64,000 bases of DNA from the NCBI GenBank assembly GCA_044450345.1, contig JBIOIY010000002.1, forward strand, positions 107,852 to 171,851. The letters are read 5' to 3'. The notes below the pieces were generated by a model. It was not told the origin of the DNA and made no database searches. It saw only the letters and a program-made list of their open reading frames with translations. The stretch is from Thermodesulfovibrionales bacterium (GTDB taxonomy: Bacteria; Nitrospirota; Thermodesulfovibrionia; Thermodesulfovibrionales; UBA6898). The position numbers and the translations under genes are program-made. Below, in pieces: positions 1 through 9,885 of the stretch (its first letter is position 1; the number at the start of each line of letters is the position of its first letter).

Positions 1-1
1 C

Positions 2-562
2 GACGATGCGGATGTCACCGTGCTCTTAGACACACTGAAAGATGAGGGGTTTATACTCATAGACGGCGGCGCGATCCATCTAACAGAACTGGGACGCAGA
101 ATAGCCAGGGGACTTATCAGAAGACAACGCCTGGCAGAGAGGCTTTTCACGGATGTGTTTGAGATGCCGGAGAACACCGTGCTCGACGATGCATGCAAAA
201 TGGAACATATCCTAAGTGAAGAGCTTACGGAAAGTGTATGCATCTTCCTGGGCCATCCCCCCACATGCCCTCACGGAAAACCGATTCCTAGAGGGGAGTG
301 CTGCAAGAAGCTGAAGGTGGGGGTGACGCCGGTTGTGACCAGGCTGTCGGAATTCGAGGTCGGTGCAATTGGGAAGATCACCTTTATCGTTCCTTCAGAC
401 CCCTCCAGGCTGAGCAAGCTCAATTCCCTGGGCATTTCTGCCGGAAGCGTCATTAAATTTATCCAGAAAGTGCCTTCGTGCGTTCTTCAAATCGACGAAA
501 CGACCGTCGCGATTGATCCCGAAATAGCCAGGGAGATATACCTGAAGAAAGTGCTCAAATAG
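2..562 (+). CDS. DtxR/MntR-family metal-dependent transcriptional regulator with a C-terminal FeoA-like domain (5' end outside the window)
   Basis: The reading frame is open from the window edge. It has a RRQRLAERLF helix, the metal-site region MEHILSEE...CPHGKPIP, and a C-terminal SH3/FeoA-like segment VTRLSEFEVGAIGKITFI. Confidence 0.8.
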   Translation, partial: DDADVTVLLDTLKDEGFILIDGGAIHLTELGRRIARGLIRRQRLAERLFTDVFEMPENTVLDDACKMEHILSEELTESVCIFLGHPPTCPHGKPIPRGECCKKLKVGVTPVVTRLSEFEVGAIGKITFIVPSDPSRLSKLNSLGISAGSVIKFIQKVPSCVLQIDETTVAIDPEIAREIYLKKVLK

Positions 563-628
563 CCAATATTCCGGTGAAGCATTTTTTGCTTGTCAATGCA
601 TTCGCTTTTTTTGTATGTTTAATACGGC

Positions 629-1075
629 ATGCAGAAAATGATATCGGCCGATGAATATTTCATGAAGGGCATTCAGCTCTTAGGGGAAGCAAATCTCCTG
701 GGTGCTCTTGCCTGTTTTGAGAGGGCCCATATCCAGGAAACGTCACCATTAATCCAATCCTATCTGGGCTACTGTATCGCGACGGAGAGGGGCCAGATCG
801 CCGAGGCATTAAACCTCTGCCGGGCCGCCATCGAAAGAGATCCTCACAACCCCGAACATTATCTAAACCTCGGAAGGGTCTACCTGAAGGCGAAAAAAAA
901 GGACGAGGCGATAGCAGAGTTGAGAAGGGGCCTGTCGTTCGGCAATAATCAGGATATAAAGGCGCTCCTGGAGGGCCTCGGCCTCCGAAAGAATCCCGTC
1001 TTCTCCTTCCTGTCGAGGGACCATGTTCTGAACAAATCCATCGGTCTTATCCTCTCTCGTCTCAGACTGCGATAG
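629..1075 (+). CDS. TPR-repeat protein
   Basis: It has repeated 34-aa TPR-like helices (ALACFERA, EALNLCRAAIERDPHNPEHYLNLGRVYLKAKKKDEAIAELRRGL). Confidence 0.6.
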   Translation: MQKMISADEYFMKGIQLLGEANLLGALACFERAHIQETSPLIQSYLGYCIATERGQIAEALNLCRAAIERDPHNPEHYLNLGRVYLKAKKKDEAIAELRRGLSFGNNQDIKALLEGLGLRKNPVFSFLSRDHVLNKSIGLILSRLRLR

Positions 1076-1129
1076 TCGCTTCACCATAAACCCTTTGCAC
1101 CGTCTTCATACACGAACCTGTCAGACGCC

Positions 1130-1942
1130 TTACTTGATGTCTCTATTGTTCCCGATATCGAATCTTTCCCTCATTTCATCCCCGATGAGATTGAAACAAA
1201 GAGCCGTTACCGCTATCATAATACCCGGCGAAAGAACCATCCAGGGAGCCGAGTTTATATAGGCGCGGTTCGAGCTTATCATGGAACCCCAGGTCGCAGT
1301 GGGTGGTTGTGCCCCGAGGCCGAGGAAACTCAGCGCCGATTCAGTCAGAATATAGCCTCCGAGTTTCATGCCGATCATCACCAGTGCAAGAGGGACGCAC
1401 TGAGGGAAAAGGTGCACAAATACGATCCTCAAGTCACCGCACCCGACGGCCCTTGCCGCCTCAACGAAGGAAGATTCTTTAAGAGACAGCACCTGTCCTC
1501 TCATGAGCCTGGCAAATGACGCCCATCCTACAGCAGACAATGCGATCATGACCGTATAAATGCCTGGAGGGAATAATACAGAGACGCCGATTGCGAGAAG
1601 AAGCGAGGGGAAAGCAAGAATCAGATCCACAAGCGCCATAAAAATCGTATCTGCCTTACCGCCGATATAACCGGACATGAGGCCCACGAAGAGCCCTATG
1701 CCCATAGATAAGAGTGCAGCAACGACAGAAACAGCAATCGAAATCCGCCCGCCATACAGCACCCTTGTAAAGATATCCCTTCCTTTGTTGTCCGTTCCCA
1801 TGAGGTGTTGCAGAGAAGGAGGCTGGCGGAGACTGTCGAGATCTATGGCATTAGGAGAATAACGCGTAAGAGCGGGGGAGATCACCGACAGAATAGCTAT
1901 ACAGAGAAAGATGCAGGCCGATATTCTACCGATCAGTCCCAT
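1130..1942 (-). CDS. ABC transporter permease, peptide/nickel (DppC/OppC) family
   Basis: It has the N-terminal OppC-type segment and the EAA loop (SFVEAARAVGCGDLRIVFVHLFP). It overlaps the upstream permease gene. Confidence 0.9.
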   Translation of the reverse strand: MGLIGRISACIFLCIAILSVISPALTRYSPNAIDLDSLRQPPSLQHLMGTDNKGRDIFTRVLYGGRISIAVSVVAALLSMGIGLFVGLMSGYIGGKADTIFMALVDLILAFPSLLLAIGVSVLFPPGIYTVMIALSAVGWASFARLMRGQVLSLKESSFVEAARAVGCGDLRIVFVHLFPQCVPLALVMIGMKLGGYILTESALSFLGLGAQPPTATWGSMISSNRAYINSAPWMVLSPGIMIAVTALCFNLIGDEMRERFDIGNNRDIK

Positions 1943-2858
1943 CTATCCTCACCCGGGGGTCTACGTAATGATACATGACGTCGACAAACAGATTGATCAA
2001 GACGAAGAGTATGGTCCCCACAATAATGCATCCCATTATCACCGGATAATCCCTCTTTACAATGCCCTCCATCATAAATCTTCCGAGACCGTCCCACCCG
2101 AAAATAGTCTCGGTAAGCACAGCCCCATTAAGGTAACTACCGAAATCCAGACCTATCACGGTTACGACAGGTATCATGGCGTTCTTCATAACGTGAAGGG
2201 CATTGATACGGCTTTCCTTTATTCCCTTCGCCCTCGCAGTCCTGATGAACGGCATTGTCACAACGTCCAGGACCGACACACGCGTTACCCTGGCTATGGT
2301 GGATAACGCGGGGAGCGCAAGCGTCAGGGAAGGAAGCAACATATATCGCAGTCCCCCTGTGCCGGATGGAGGGAGGACTCTAAGTCTGAGACTGAAAAAG
2401 AGCATAATCAGTAGCCCGCTCCAAAACACGGGGACGCTGAGAAACAAAATACTTGCTACAGAGATAAGCCGGTCTGCTATGCCACCCTTCTTGAGCGCCG
2501 AGAAGAGACCCAGTAATATGCCGGGAGGCACGGCAATGACCATCGCCCCTGCCGCCAGCGCGAGTGTATTAGGGAATTTGGACTTTATATCATCAAACAC
2601 CTTCCTGTTTGTAAAGTAGGACCTCCCCATTTCTCCCTTTATCAAGAGCGAGACATATCCTACGTACTGTCTGACTGTCCCTTTATCGGCACCTATTTCT
2701 TTCCTTATCTTTTCTATGATCTCCGGACTGCTTCTTTCCCCTACCAGGGTATAGACAGGGTCTCCGGGGAGTGCCTTTGTCAGAGCAAAGGTGATCAGGG
2801 TAATCCCCAGCAACAGCGGGATTAGAAGCGCTATCTTCTTTATGATATAGGAACTCAA
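1926..2858 (-). CDS. ABC transporter permease, peptide/nickel (DppB/OppB) family
   Basis: The start MSSYIIKKIALLIPLLLGITLITFAL...LPGDPV is typical of the family. It has the EAA motif FIRTARAKGIKESRINALHVMKNA. Confidence 0.9.
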   Translation of the reverse strand: MSSYIIKKIALLIPLLLGITLITFALTKALPGDPVYTLVGERSSPEIIEKIRKEIGADKGTVRQYVGYVSLLIKGEMGRSYFTNRKVFDDIKSKFPNTLALAAGAMVIAVPPGILLGLFSALKKGGIADRLISVASILFLSVPVFWSGLLIMLFFSLRLRVLPPSGTGGLRYMLLPSLTLALPALSTIARVTRVSVLDVVTMPFIRTARAKGIKESRINALHVMKNAMIPVVTVIGLDFGSYLNGAVLTETIFGWDGLGRFMMEGIVKRDYPVIMGCIIVGTILFVLINLFVDVMYHYVDPRVRIDGTDR

Positions 2859-4435
2859 AAAGAGACCTCCAATCCCTTATCCATACTGTAGATAGGGTAT
2901 ATCCTGTAGTTCTTCACGTATGGCTGCCGAAGGGTGAAGTCCGTTTTATGCCAGAAAAAAACCCAGGGAGATTCTTCTGCAATAATATTCTCCGCAATGC
3001 CGTAATAACGGTTTCGTTCAGATGGGACGATCGAACCCTGTCCCGCCTCAATAAGCCTGTCCACCTCCTTGTTTGTATATCTCGCCCTATTGCCGCTTGC
3101 GCCGTGGTTGGCCGAGTGAAAGAGCGGGAACAGGAAATTCTCTGGGTCAGGATAATCCGCCCACCAGCTTATCCAAAAGAGATCTGCATCGCCTCTGTTT
3201 ATGGCGGATTTATAAGCGCTCCATTCAAGCTGCTTGATATGCACGTCGAGCCCCGCCTTTTCAAGGAAGGACTGAATTATCTCGGCTATGTCCACCATTT
3301 CCTGATCGGGAGTGATGTAGAAATTTACAACTCTGTTCGATGCGCCCTCTCTTTGAATGATCTTTCTTGCTCTTGCCGGGTCATATTCGCCGGTGACACA
3401 CAAGTTCCATTTTCTGAGAAGATCAGGCACAGGTCCCTCCGAGAGTCGCCCCCTTCCTTCATAAAAAGTTTCCAGGACCTTCTTTCTATCTATAGAACTG
3501 GAAACAGCCTTCCTGAGATTAATATTATTGAAGGGAGGTCTCGAACAATTGAAACCCAGATAATAAGTATTCAGACCCTTGACGGACGAAATCAGGTCCC
3601 TCCATTTTGGAGACCTCTTGTACCTGGAGTATTCATACGCAGGAATCGCTATTACATCGAGATTCCCGAGTTCAAACTCAGTCACTGTCGTGAGGTCTTC
3701 GGGAATAATCCTGTATAGTATCCCTCCAATGCGTGCCCGGCCGTTAAAATATCCCTCATTCCTTTCCAGTACGAGCTGGTTGTTGTGCTCCCATTTCTTC
3801 AAGATGAAAGGACCGCTTCCGGACGGATGGGTCGCGTAATCGACACCCCATCTTTTCACTTCCTCTTCGGGCACTATGTAGGCGGCAGTCATCGTAAGGA
3901 GATTCAGGAAAGGCGAAAAGGCATTTACCAGTCTTATCTTTAGGGTATATCTGTCCTTTACTTCGATTCCCTCCACGTCAGCAGCCTTCCCGCTCATATA
4001 CTCCTTCGCACCGAGTATCTTGTCCAAAACCCAGGAGTTCGGAGACTTTCCATGGGGATCGAGTATCCTCTTGAAAGAATATTGCACGTCATACGCGGTG
4101 ACTTCCCGTTTATTGGCAAATCTGACTCCATGTCTGAGAAAAAAAAGGTAGGCAGTGCCTTTGTCACTGATCTTCCATTTTTCGGCTAAATCAGGAATCA
4201 CGTCCAGGTTCTCGTCAAGTCTCACCAGACCGTTGAAGAGCTTGGCGGCGATTACTCCGCCGGTCACGTCTACGATAAGTGCCGGATCGAGGGTCGTTGG
4301 ATTGTAATTCAGCCTGTAGTGGATGAAGCCGTCCGTCCTGTTCCGGGACGAACATGCAGGGAAATACAGAAATAGGCATAAAAGACAAAAGGCGCCTAGG
4401 ATCCTTTTACTATTCTTGCTAAAGATATCTCGCAC
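2855..4435 (-). CDS. ABC transporter substrate-binding lipoprotein, family 5 (peptide/nickel)
   Basis: It has a signal peptide with a Cys (LYFPACSS) and family-5 solute-binding-protein (SBP) motifs (LDPAL, GLVRLDENL, GPFILKKWEHNNQLVLERNEGYF). Its 4-nt overlap with the permease gene indicates an operon. Confidence 0.9.
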   Translation of the reverse strand: MRDIFSKNSKRILGAFCLLCLFLYFPACSSRNRTDGFIHYRLNYNPTTLDPALIVDVTGGVIAAKLFNGLVRLDENLDVIPDLAEKWKISDKGTAYLFFLRHGVRFANKREVTAYDVQYSFKRILDPHGKSPNSWVLDKILGAKEYMSGKAADVEGIEVKDRYTLKIRLVNAFSPFLNLLTMTAAYIVPEEEVKRWGVDYATHPSGSGPFILKKWEHNNQLVLERNEGYFNGRARIGGILYRIIPEDLTTVTEFELGNLDVIAIPAYEYSRYKRSPKWRDLISSVKGLNTYYLGFNCSRPPFNNINLRKAVSSSIDRKKVLETFYEGRGRLSEGPVPDLLRKWNLCVTGEYDPARARKIIQREGASNRVVNFYITPDQEMVDIAEIIQSFLEKAGLDVHIKQLEWSAYKSAINRGDADLFWISWWADYPDPENFLFPLFHSANHGASGNRARYTNKEVDRLIEAGQGSIVPSERNRYYGIAENIIAEESPWVFFWHKTDFTLRQPYVKNYRIYPIYSMDKGLEVSF

Positions 4436-4470
4436 GAATAATTATAATACATCCGTTGCTATCAGGGCAT

Positions 4471-5523
4471 TCACTGCGCGGCGATACCGTCTTCTGTACG
4501 CCGGAAGATTTCAAACACAGAGATAAAGACGGCGGTTATGAGAGGCCCCATAATCAGGCCGATCACACCGAACAGCTTTATTCCGCCCAGTACGCTGAAC
4601 AATATTACGATCGTCGGCATCTTGGTCCTGCTCCCGATTATCAAGGGCTTAAGAATATTATCGACCATGCTGATAACAAAGACACCGAAGAGGAGAAGAC
4701 CGATTCCCTGGGTGTAATTATGCTCGATTATAAGATACAGGGAAGTGGGGCCCCAGATCGCAAAAGTACCGAGCAGCGGAACAAACGACATCACGGACAT
4801 GGCCATCCCCCACATGACCGGGGCCTCGATGCCCATGAACGCATATGCGATACCCCCGAGGATACCCTGTATAATTGCAACTATTACCCCGCCGTATACT
4901 GTCGATACTATCATGTCTTTAATCTGTCCCGCAATTCTCTCTTTCTGCACTTCGTTGAAAGGCATGTAATCTTTCGTCTTCGAGAGAAGACCCGGGCCGT
5001 CTTTGAACAAAAAGAACGTGGTAAAGAGGACAAAGATGAAATCTATCCCCGCCGCCAATATGTTGGGGATCCTCATCGAGAATTCCGAGAGCAGACCCTT
5101 CCCTACTTTTTTTACGTTTTCCAGGATAACCTCCTCCGAAATCAGGTCGGACGCGCCGCTATAGGACCTTATTTTTTCAAATAGGGCTGAAGAATATAAT
5201 TTTTTGACGATCAAACTCAGTGACCCGACATTAGCATCGTTGATCTTAGCAGCGACGATCTGCACTTCGTCGATCAGCATCAGCGTAAGATAGGTAATCG
5301 GACCGATAAGGACGATAAGTATCAAGATGACCGTCATTCCGGCGGCTATCCCCCTGATTCTGACATGACGCGAAATAAACGCAAAGACAGGGTAAAAGAT
5401 GATAGAAACTACGATGGACCATGCTATGGCGGTAAAAAAGGGACTCATAATCTCATAGGTAAGGTACCCCAGCGCTCCAAGAAGAAACAGCAGGGTAAGG
5501 ACATAAAACCTATCTTTAAACAC
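4471..5523 (-). CDS. AI-2E family transporter (UPF0118/PerM-like)
   Basis: It is an 8-TM profile protein with the conserved C-terminal block VDNILKPLIIGSRTKMPTIVILFSVLGG. Confidence 0.85.
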   Translation of the reverse strand: MFKDRFYVLTLLFLLGALGYLTYEIMSPFFTAIAWSIVVSIIFYPVFAFISRHVRIRGIAAGMTVILILIVLIGPITYLTLMLIDEVQIVAAKINDANVGSLSLIVKKLYSSALFEKIRSYSGASDLISEEVILENVKKVGKGLLSEFSMRIPNILAAGIDFIFVLFTTFFLFKDGPGLLSKTKDYMPFNEVQKERIAGQIKDMIVSTVYGGVIVAIIQGILGGIAYAFMGIEAPVMWGMAMSVMSFVPLLGTFAIWGPTSLYLIIEHNYTQGIGLLLFGVFVISMVDNILKPLIIGSRTKMPTIVILFSVLGGIKLFGVIGLIMGPLITAVFISVFEIFRRTEDGIAAQ

Positions 5524-6184
5524 GGCAAGCCCCTACAAAGTGACTGAACAGTTGTCTTGACAAAGAGTCCTCCATCCTCTCGGGGTGCCACTGGACACCG
5601 ACAAGAAAGCGATATCCTTCTCCATAAAATGCCTCGATTATGCCGTCATCTGCCCATGCAAAAGGTTTCAGGCAGTCTCCCCCCTTTTTTACCGCCTGAT
5701 GATGGCTGCTGTTGACTTGACTCCCGTGCACTCGTACAAAAGGGTTAGGCTCTATACTTATGCCATGCACTCCCCGCACATGATCCAGAGATCCCGGAAC
5801 CTGCAAATGAATATCCTGATAAAGGCTGCCCTGAAAAAAAACATTCATCAATTGCATCCCGTAACATATACCGAGAACAGGTTTCTTCCGTCCCATTATC
5901 TCACGCAGCAGAGAAAATTCAAAATCAATTCTCACAGACTCTTCAGGCACAATATGACATAAGGGGCCTTCGCCATATAACGATGCTGGCAGGTCTTTGC
6001 CCCCGGGGATAATCAAACCGTCATAACAGACTGCAAGACCACTCACTCTTCTTTGCGGAGCCACAAAGACCGCATCTCCCCCTGAATTCTCTACAGCAGT
6101 CCTATACCGCTCGCGTTCAAGAGGAAAGCTGGCATCAGTTCCGCAGGTTATCGCTATGAGAGGTGTGTGGCCGGCCTTTTTCAC
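5516..6184 (-). CDS. Gamma-glutamyl hydrolase-type class I glutamine amidotransferase (peptidase C26, PuuD-like)
   Basis: It has the nucleophile motif GICYGMQ, plus NSSHHQAV and GVQWHPE. The start codon is GTG. Confidence 0.85.
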   Translation of the reverse strand: MKKAGHTPLIAITCGTDASFPLERERYRTAVENSGGDAVFVAPQRRVSGLAVCYDGLIIPGGKDLPASLYGEGPLCHIVPEESVRIDFEFSLLREIMGRKKPVLGICYGMQLMNVFFQGSLYQDIHLQVPGSLDHVRGVHGISIEPNPFVRVHGSQVNSSHHQAVKKGGDCLKPFAWADDGIIEAFYGEGYRFLVGVQWHPERMEDSLSRQLFSHFVGACRV

Positions 6185-6316
6185 GCGGACGATATGATTT
6201 CAACAGCCGCATTTTCGCGGGAACTATAATTCTTCAATATGATCTCGGCTTGCGGGTCTTGGTTCAAGACAGCTCACATCGCCCTTCGACAATAGGGATA
6301 AAGACAATTCAGGGCT

Positions 6317-6928
6317 TCAGACGCTGCCTGCGCTCAGGTCGCTCATTACCACAATGTCCTCTTCAGTCCGTTCCAAACTCTCACAAGTTTTCCCCATATC
6401 CTGAAGAAGATGACTCTTTTTTATGCTGAGTTTTCTGTCCGTAATTACCGCCTTTAGTGCCATAAGGCCGATATTAATCTTCTCTCCGTTTCTATTAAAC
6501 GATAAAGTAGTCTTGGTCGCCTGATCTTCCGTCGTATAGTATGCCTCCATCTTCTTCTTAAAGGTCCTCGCCGCTTCCCTGAAATGCTTGATCATGTTTT
6601 TCGTCTCGCACATGATCACAAAGTCGTGGGTACTCATCGTACCGACGAAGCATTTACCGCATTTTTCACAAGTAGTTTTAAGAATGGCAGCGGCCCACTG
6701 TATTATCTCAGCATGCCTGTCGGGACCGTACTTTATCAGATAGGGATGGATATTGGCGATCCTTACATAGGCGACCGAGTATCTGCCTATGTCAGGATAG
6801 ATCTCTTCCAGCCTCTTTATGATCGCAACTTTATCGGGCAGACCGGTCAGGAAATCCGGCCACAAGTATGGATTTTCCTGTCTTTTATGTAGATCCTGAA
6901 TGTACTTTTTCGCCTCTGATATTCCCAT
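6317..6928 (-). CDS. Stand-alone degenerate GGDEF-like (nucleotidyl cyclase fold) protein
   Basis: It is colinear with GGDEF domains: FLTGLPDK, YSVAYVRIANIHPYLIKYGPDRHAEII and INIGL. The GGDEF signature is replaced by STHDF and the first metal-binding Asp is lost. There is a good Shine-Dalgarno (SD) site, GAGGGAG. Confidence 0.45.
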   Translation of the reverse strand: MGISEAKKYIQDLHKRQENPYLWPDFLTGLPDKVAIIKRLEEIYPDIGRYSVAYVRIANIHPYLIKYGPDRHAEIIQWAAAILKTTCEKCGKCFVGTMSTHDFVIMCETKNMIKHFREAARTFKKKMEAYYTTEDQATKTTLSFNRNGEKINIGLMALKAVITDRKLSIKKSHLLQDMGKTCESLERTEEDIVVMSDLSAGSV

Positions 6929-7052
6929 CTAAGGCTCCCTCTCTATTAAACCCGGCTCATGTACTTGAAATTCACTTATAATTCAGTATTTCAATTCGGA
7001 ATGTCAACTTTAAGTTATAATTATCAAGTAATCGTGCCGCAGATCATATAAT

Positions 7053-7080
7053 AAAAAGGGGCAGAATTCTGCCCCCTTTT
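7053..7080 (-). terminator. Intrinsic terminator downstream of ppdK
   Basis: The hairpin is GGGGCAG-AATT-CTGCCCC. On the minus strand it is followed by TTTTT. Confidence 0.75.
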
Positions 7081-7116
7081 ATCAGCTGACGGCCTTTAAG
7101 GCCCCTTTTTTTTCCT

Positions 7117-9885
7117 TTATTTTTTCTTCGCGGTCTTCTCCTTCAGCGAAGCCTGCGCCGCCGAGAACCGCGCAATCGGCACCCTGTAAGGCGAGCAACT
7201 CACGTAATCCAGACCGATGGCATGACAGAACTCCACAGACTTGGGCTCGCCCCCATGCTCTCCGCAAATCCCCATCTTAAGTCCTTTCTTCACCTTTCTG
7301 CCCTTTGCCACTGCAAGTTTCATGAATGCACCGACGCCGTTCTGGTCGATCGTGATGAAGGGATCTTCTTTCAAAATACCTTTTTCAACATAGAAGGGAA
7401 GGAACCTTCCCGCATCGTCTCTCGACAGGCCATATACCGTCTGCGTAAGGTCATTAGTGCCGAAAGAATAAAAGTCGGCAACGGCAGCTATCTCGTCGGA
7501 AGTCACACATGCCCTGGGGAGTTCTATCATAGTCCCCACAGTGTAAGGAACCCTGACGCCAAAATCCTTTCTCACCCGGTCAGCCGTCGCAATAGTAAGT
7601 TCCTTCAAATTCGTCAACTCATTCACGTGACCGACGAGGGGAATCATTATCTCCGGAACGACCTTGACCTTCTCCTTCACCAGCTCACAGGCCGCCTCCA
7701 TAATAGCCTGCACCTGCATTTCATATATTTCGGGATACGTGACCCCGAGACGGCATCCGCGGTGTCCGAGCATAGGGTTGAACTCATGGAGTGATTTGTT
7801 CTTGACGTTCAACTGCTCGAACGGAACCCCCATTTCATCTGCAAGTTCCTGCAGTTCTTCATCTGTATGCGGAAGGAACTCATGGAGCGGCGGATCGAGA
7901 AGCCTTATCGTCACCGGAAAGCCCGCCATAGCCCTGAATATTCCTATGAAATCGACCTTCTGGAACGGAAGGAGCTTTGCAAGGGCTTTCTTTCTTCCCT
8001 CAATGGTTTCAGAGAGGATCATTTCTCTTACGGCCCTTATCCTGTCAGGTCCGAAAAACATATGCTCGGTCCTGCAGAGTCCTATCCCTTCGGCCCCGAA
8101 ATTTCTTGCAACAGTGGCATCGTTAGGGGTATCCGCATTCGTCCTGACCCTCAGGCCCCTAAACTGGTCAGCCCATTTCATCAGTTCCTTATACCAAAGA
8201 TTGCGATCAGGATCGGCCGGCAGGAGGTCGAGTTGGCCCTCATACACGCGGCCTTTCGTCCCGTTCAGGGTTATCCAGTCACCCTCTCTAAGGACCCTCC
8301 CGTTCACATGTATCTCCTTTTTACGGACATCAATATTGAGATCTGAACAGCCCACAATGCAGCATTTGCCCCATCCCCTTGCAACGAGGGCAGCGTGGCT
8401 CGTCATTCCGCCCCTTGCGGTAAGTATAGCCTGCGCCGCATGCATGCCATGCACATCTTCGGGGGAAGTCTCGTTCCTGACGAGAATGACTTTCTCGCCC
8501 TTATTTGCCTTTTCTTCCGCATCGTCCGCAGTAAAGACGATCTTACCAATGGCCCCCCCCGGCCCGGCAGGCAATCCCTTGGCGAGTTCAACGGCCTTCT
8601 TCTCGGAATTAGGATCAACACTCGGATGCAGAAGTTCATCGAGTTGATCGGGCTTTACACGCAGGACAGCAGTCTCCTTCGAAATCAATTTCTCCCTGGC
8701 CATCTCTACCGCCATCCTTATCGCCGCCGGACCATTTCTCTTGCCGACCCTCGTTTGGAGCATCCAGAGTCGTCCTTCTTCTATAGTAAATTCTATGTCC
8801 TGCATATCGGCGTAGTGTTTTTCGAGTCTTTTCTGGATACTGTAAAGCTGCTTATAGAGCATCGCCATCGCAGACTCCAGGGAAGGAAGGTGTTTAGTGT
8901 CCTCGGTCTTACCTGCCTCATTCACCGGATTCGGGGTTCTGATGCCGGCGACAACATCTTCGCCCTGGGCATTGGGAAGCCATTCACCGAAGAACACGTT
9001 CTCACCCGTTGCGGGGTTCCTGGTAAAGGCGACCCCTGTTGCGGAATTATCGCCTGTATTGCCGAATACCATCGACTGGACGCTAACTGCCGTCCCCCAG
9101 TCCTCGGGTATCTTCTCTATTTTGCGGTATGATACTGCGCGCTTGCCCATCCACGACTGAAAGACTGCTCCGATACCACCCCACAGCTGTTCATAGGGAT
9201 CGTCAGGAAAATCCTTCTTGAGAGTCTGCCTTATAATCATTTTGAATTCGTCGCAGAGTTTCTTCAGGTCCTCTACGTTCAGGTCAGTATCGCTTTTGTA
9301 TCCCTTTTCTTTCTTCAGCCGGTCCATGAAATGTTCGAGCTTGTGACGGATTCCTCCGCCTTCTTCCGGCTCAACTCCGGCGGCTTTTTCCATGACAACA
9401 TCTGAATACATCATGAGCAGGCGACGGTACGCATCGTATACAAAACGATCGTTGTTGGTCTTTTTTATGAGTCCGGGGATCGTCTTCGTTGTGAGCCCGA
9501 CATTGAGGACCGTTTCCATCATGCCAGGCATTGAACTGCGCGCCCCTGAACGAACCGAGACAAGGAGGGGATCCATGGGATCTCCGATTTTTTTCCCCAT
9601 TATCTTTTCGACCTTGGCTACGGCCGAAAAGACTTGTGTCTTCAATTCAGGCGGATATTTCCGGTTGTTCTTGTAATACAGTGTGCATACCTCAGTCGTA
9701 ATCGTAAATCCCGGCGGGACGGGTATGGCGAGGTTCGTCATCTCCGCAAGATTGGCCCCTTTACCGCCCAGGAGATTTTTCATTTCGGCCTTACCATCGG
9801 CCTTGCCGGCACCAAAAAAATAGACGTATTTTCTCAACGTTTTTTTTGCACTCTTCTTAGCCGCCTTAACTGCTGACTTCGCCAT
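7117..9885 (-). CDS. ppdK: Pyruvate, phosphate dikinase
   Basis: It is colinear with PpdK over its full length (KYVYFFG, GGMTSHAALVARGWGK phospho-His loop, GICGEHGG). I chose the start at ATG 9885, which follows GGGAGGAG, rather than the longer ORF-track start. Confidence 0.95.
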   Translation of the reverse strand: MAKSAVKAAKKSAKKTLRKYVYFFGAGKADGKAEMKNLLGGKGANLAEMTNLAIPVPPGFTITTEVCTLYYKNNRKYPPELKTQVFSAVAKVEKIMGKKIGDPMDPLLVSVRSGARSSMPGMMETVLNVGLTTKTIPGLIKKTNNDRFVYDAYRRLLMMYSDVVMEKAAGVEPEEGGGIRHKLEHFMDRLKKEKGYKSDTDLNVEDLKKLCDEFKMIIRQTLKKDFPDDPYEQLWGGIGAVFQSWMGKRAVSYRKIEKIPEDWGTAVSVQSMVFGNTGDNSATGVAFTRNPATGENVFFGEWLPNAQGEDVVAGIRTPNPVNEAGKTEDTKHLPSLESAMAMLYKQLYSIQKRLEKHYADMQDIEFTIEEGRLWMLQTRVGKRNGPAAIRMAVEMAREKLISKETAVLRVKPDQLDELLHPSVDPNSEKKAVELAKGLPAGPGGAIGKIVFTADDAEEKANKGEKVILVRNETSPEDVHGMHAAQAILTARGGMTSHAALVARGWGKCCIVGCSDLNIDVRKKEIHVNGRVLREGDWITLNGTKGRVYEGQLDLLPADPDRNLWYKELMKWADQFRGLRVRTNADTPNDATVARNFGAEGIGLCRTEHMFFGPDRIRAVREMILSETIEGRKKALAKLLPFQKVDFIGIFRAMAGFPVTIRLLDPPLHEFLPHTDEELQELADEMGVPFEQLNVKNKSLHEFNPMLGHRGCRLGVTYPEIYEMQVQAIMEAACELVKEKVKVVPEIMIPLVGHVNELTNLKELTIATADRVRKDFGVRVPYTVGTMIELPRACVTSDEIAAVADFYSFGTNDLTQTVYGLSRDDAGRFLPFYVEKGILKEDPFITIDQNGVGAFMKLAVAKGRKVKKGLKMGICGEHGGEPKSVEFCHAIGLDYVSCSPYRVPIARFSAAQASLKEKTAKKK

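Noticed and set aside
7664-8647. A 327-aa plus-strand ORF and several others lie inside ppdK.
   Set aside because: The ORF is Ser/Pro/Ala-rich with no recognisable motifs, and it is antisense to a full-length conserved gene. This is a typical shadow ORF.
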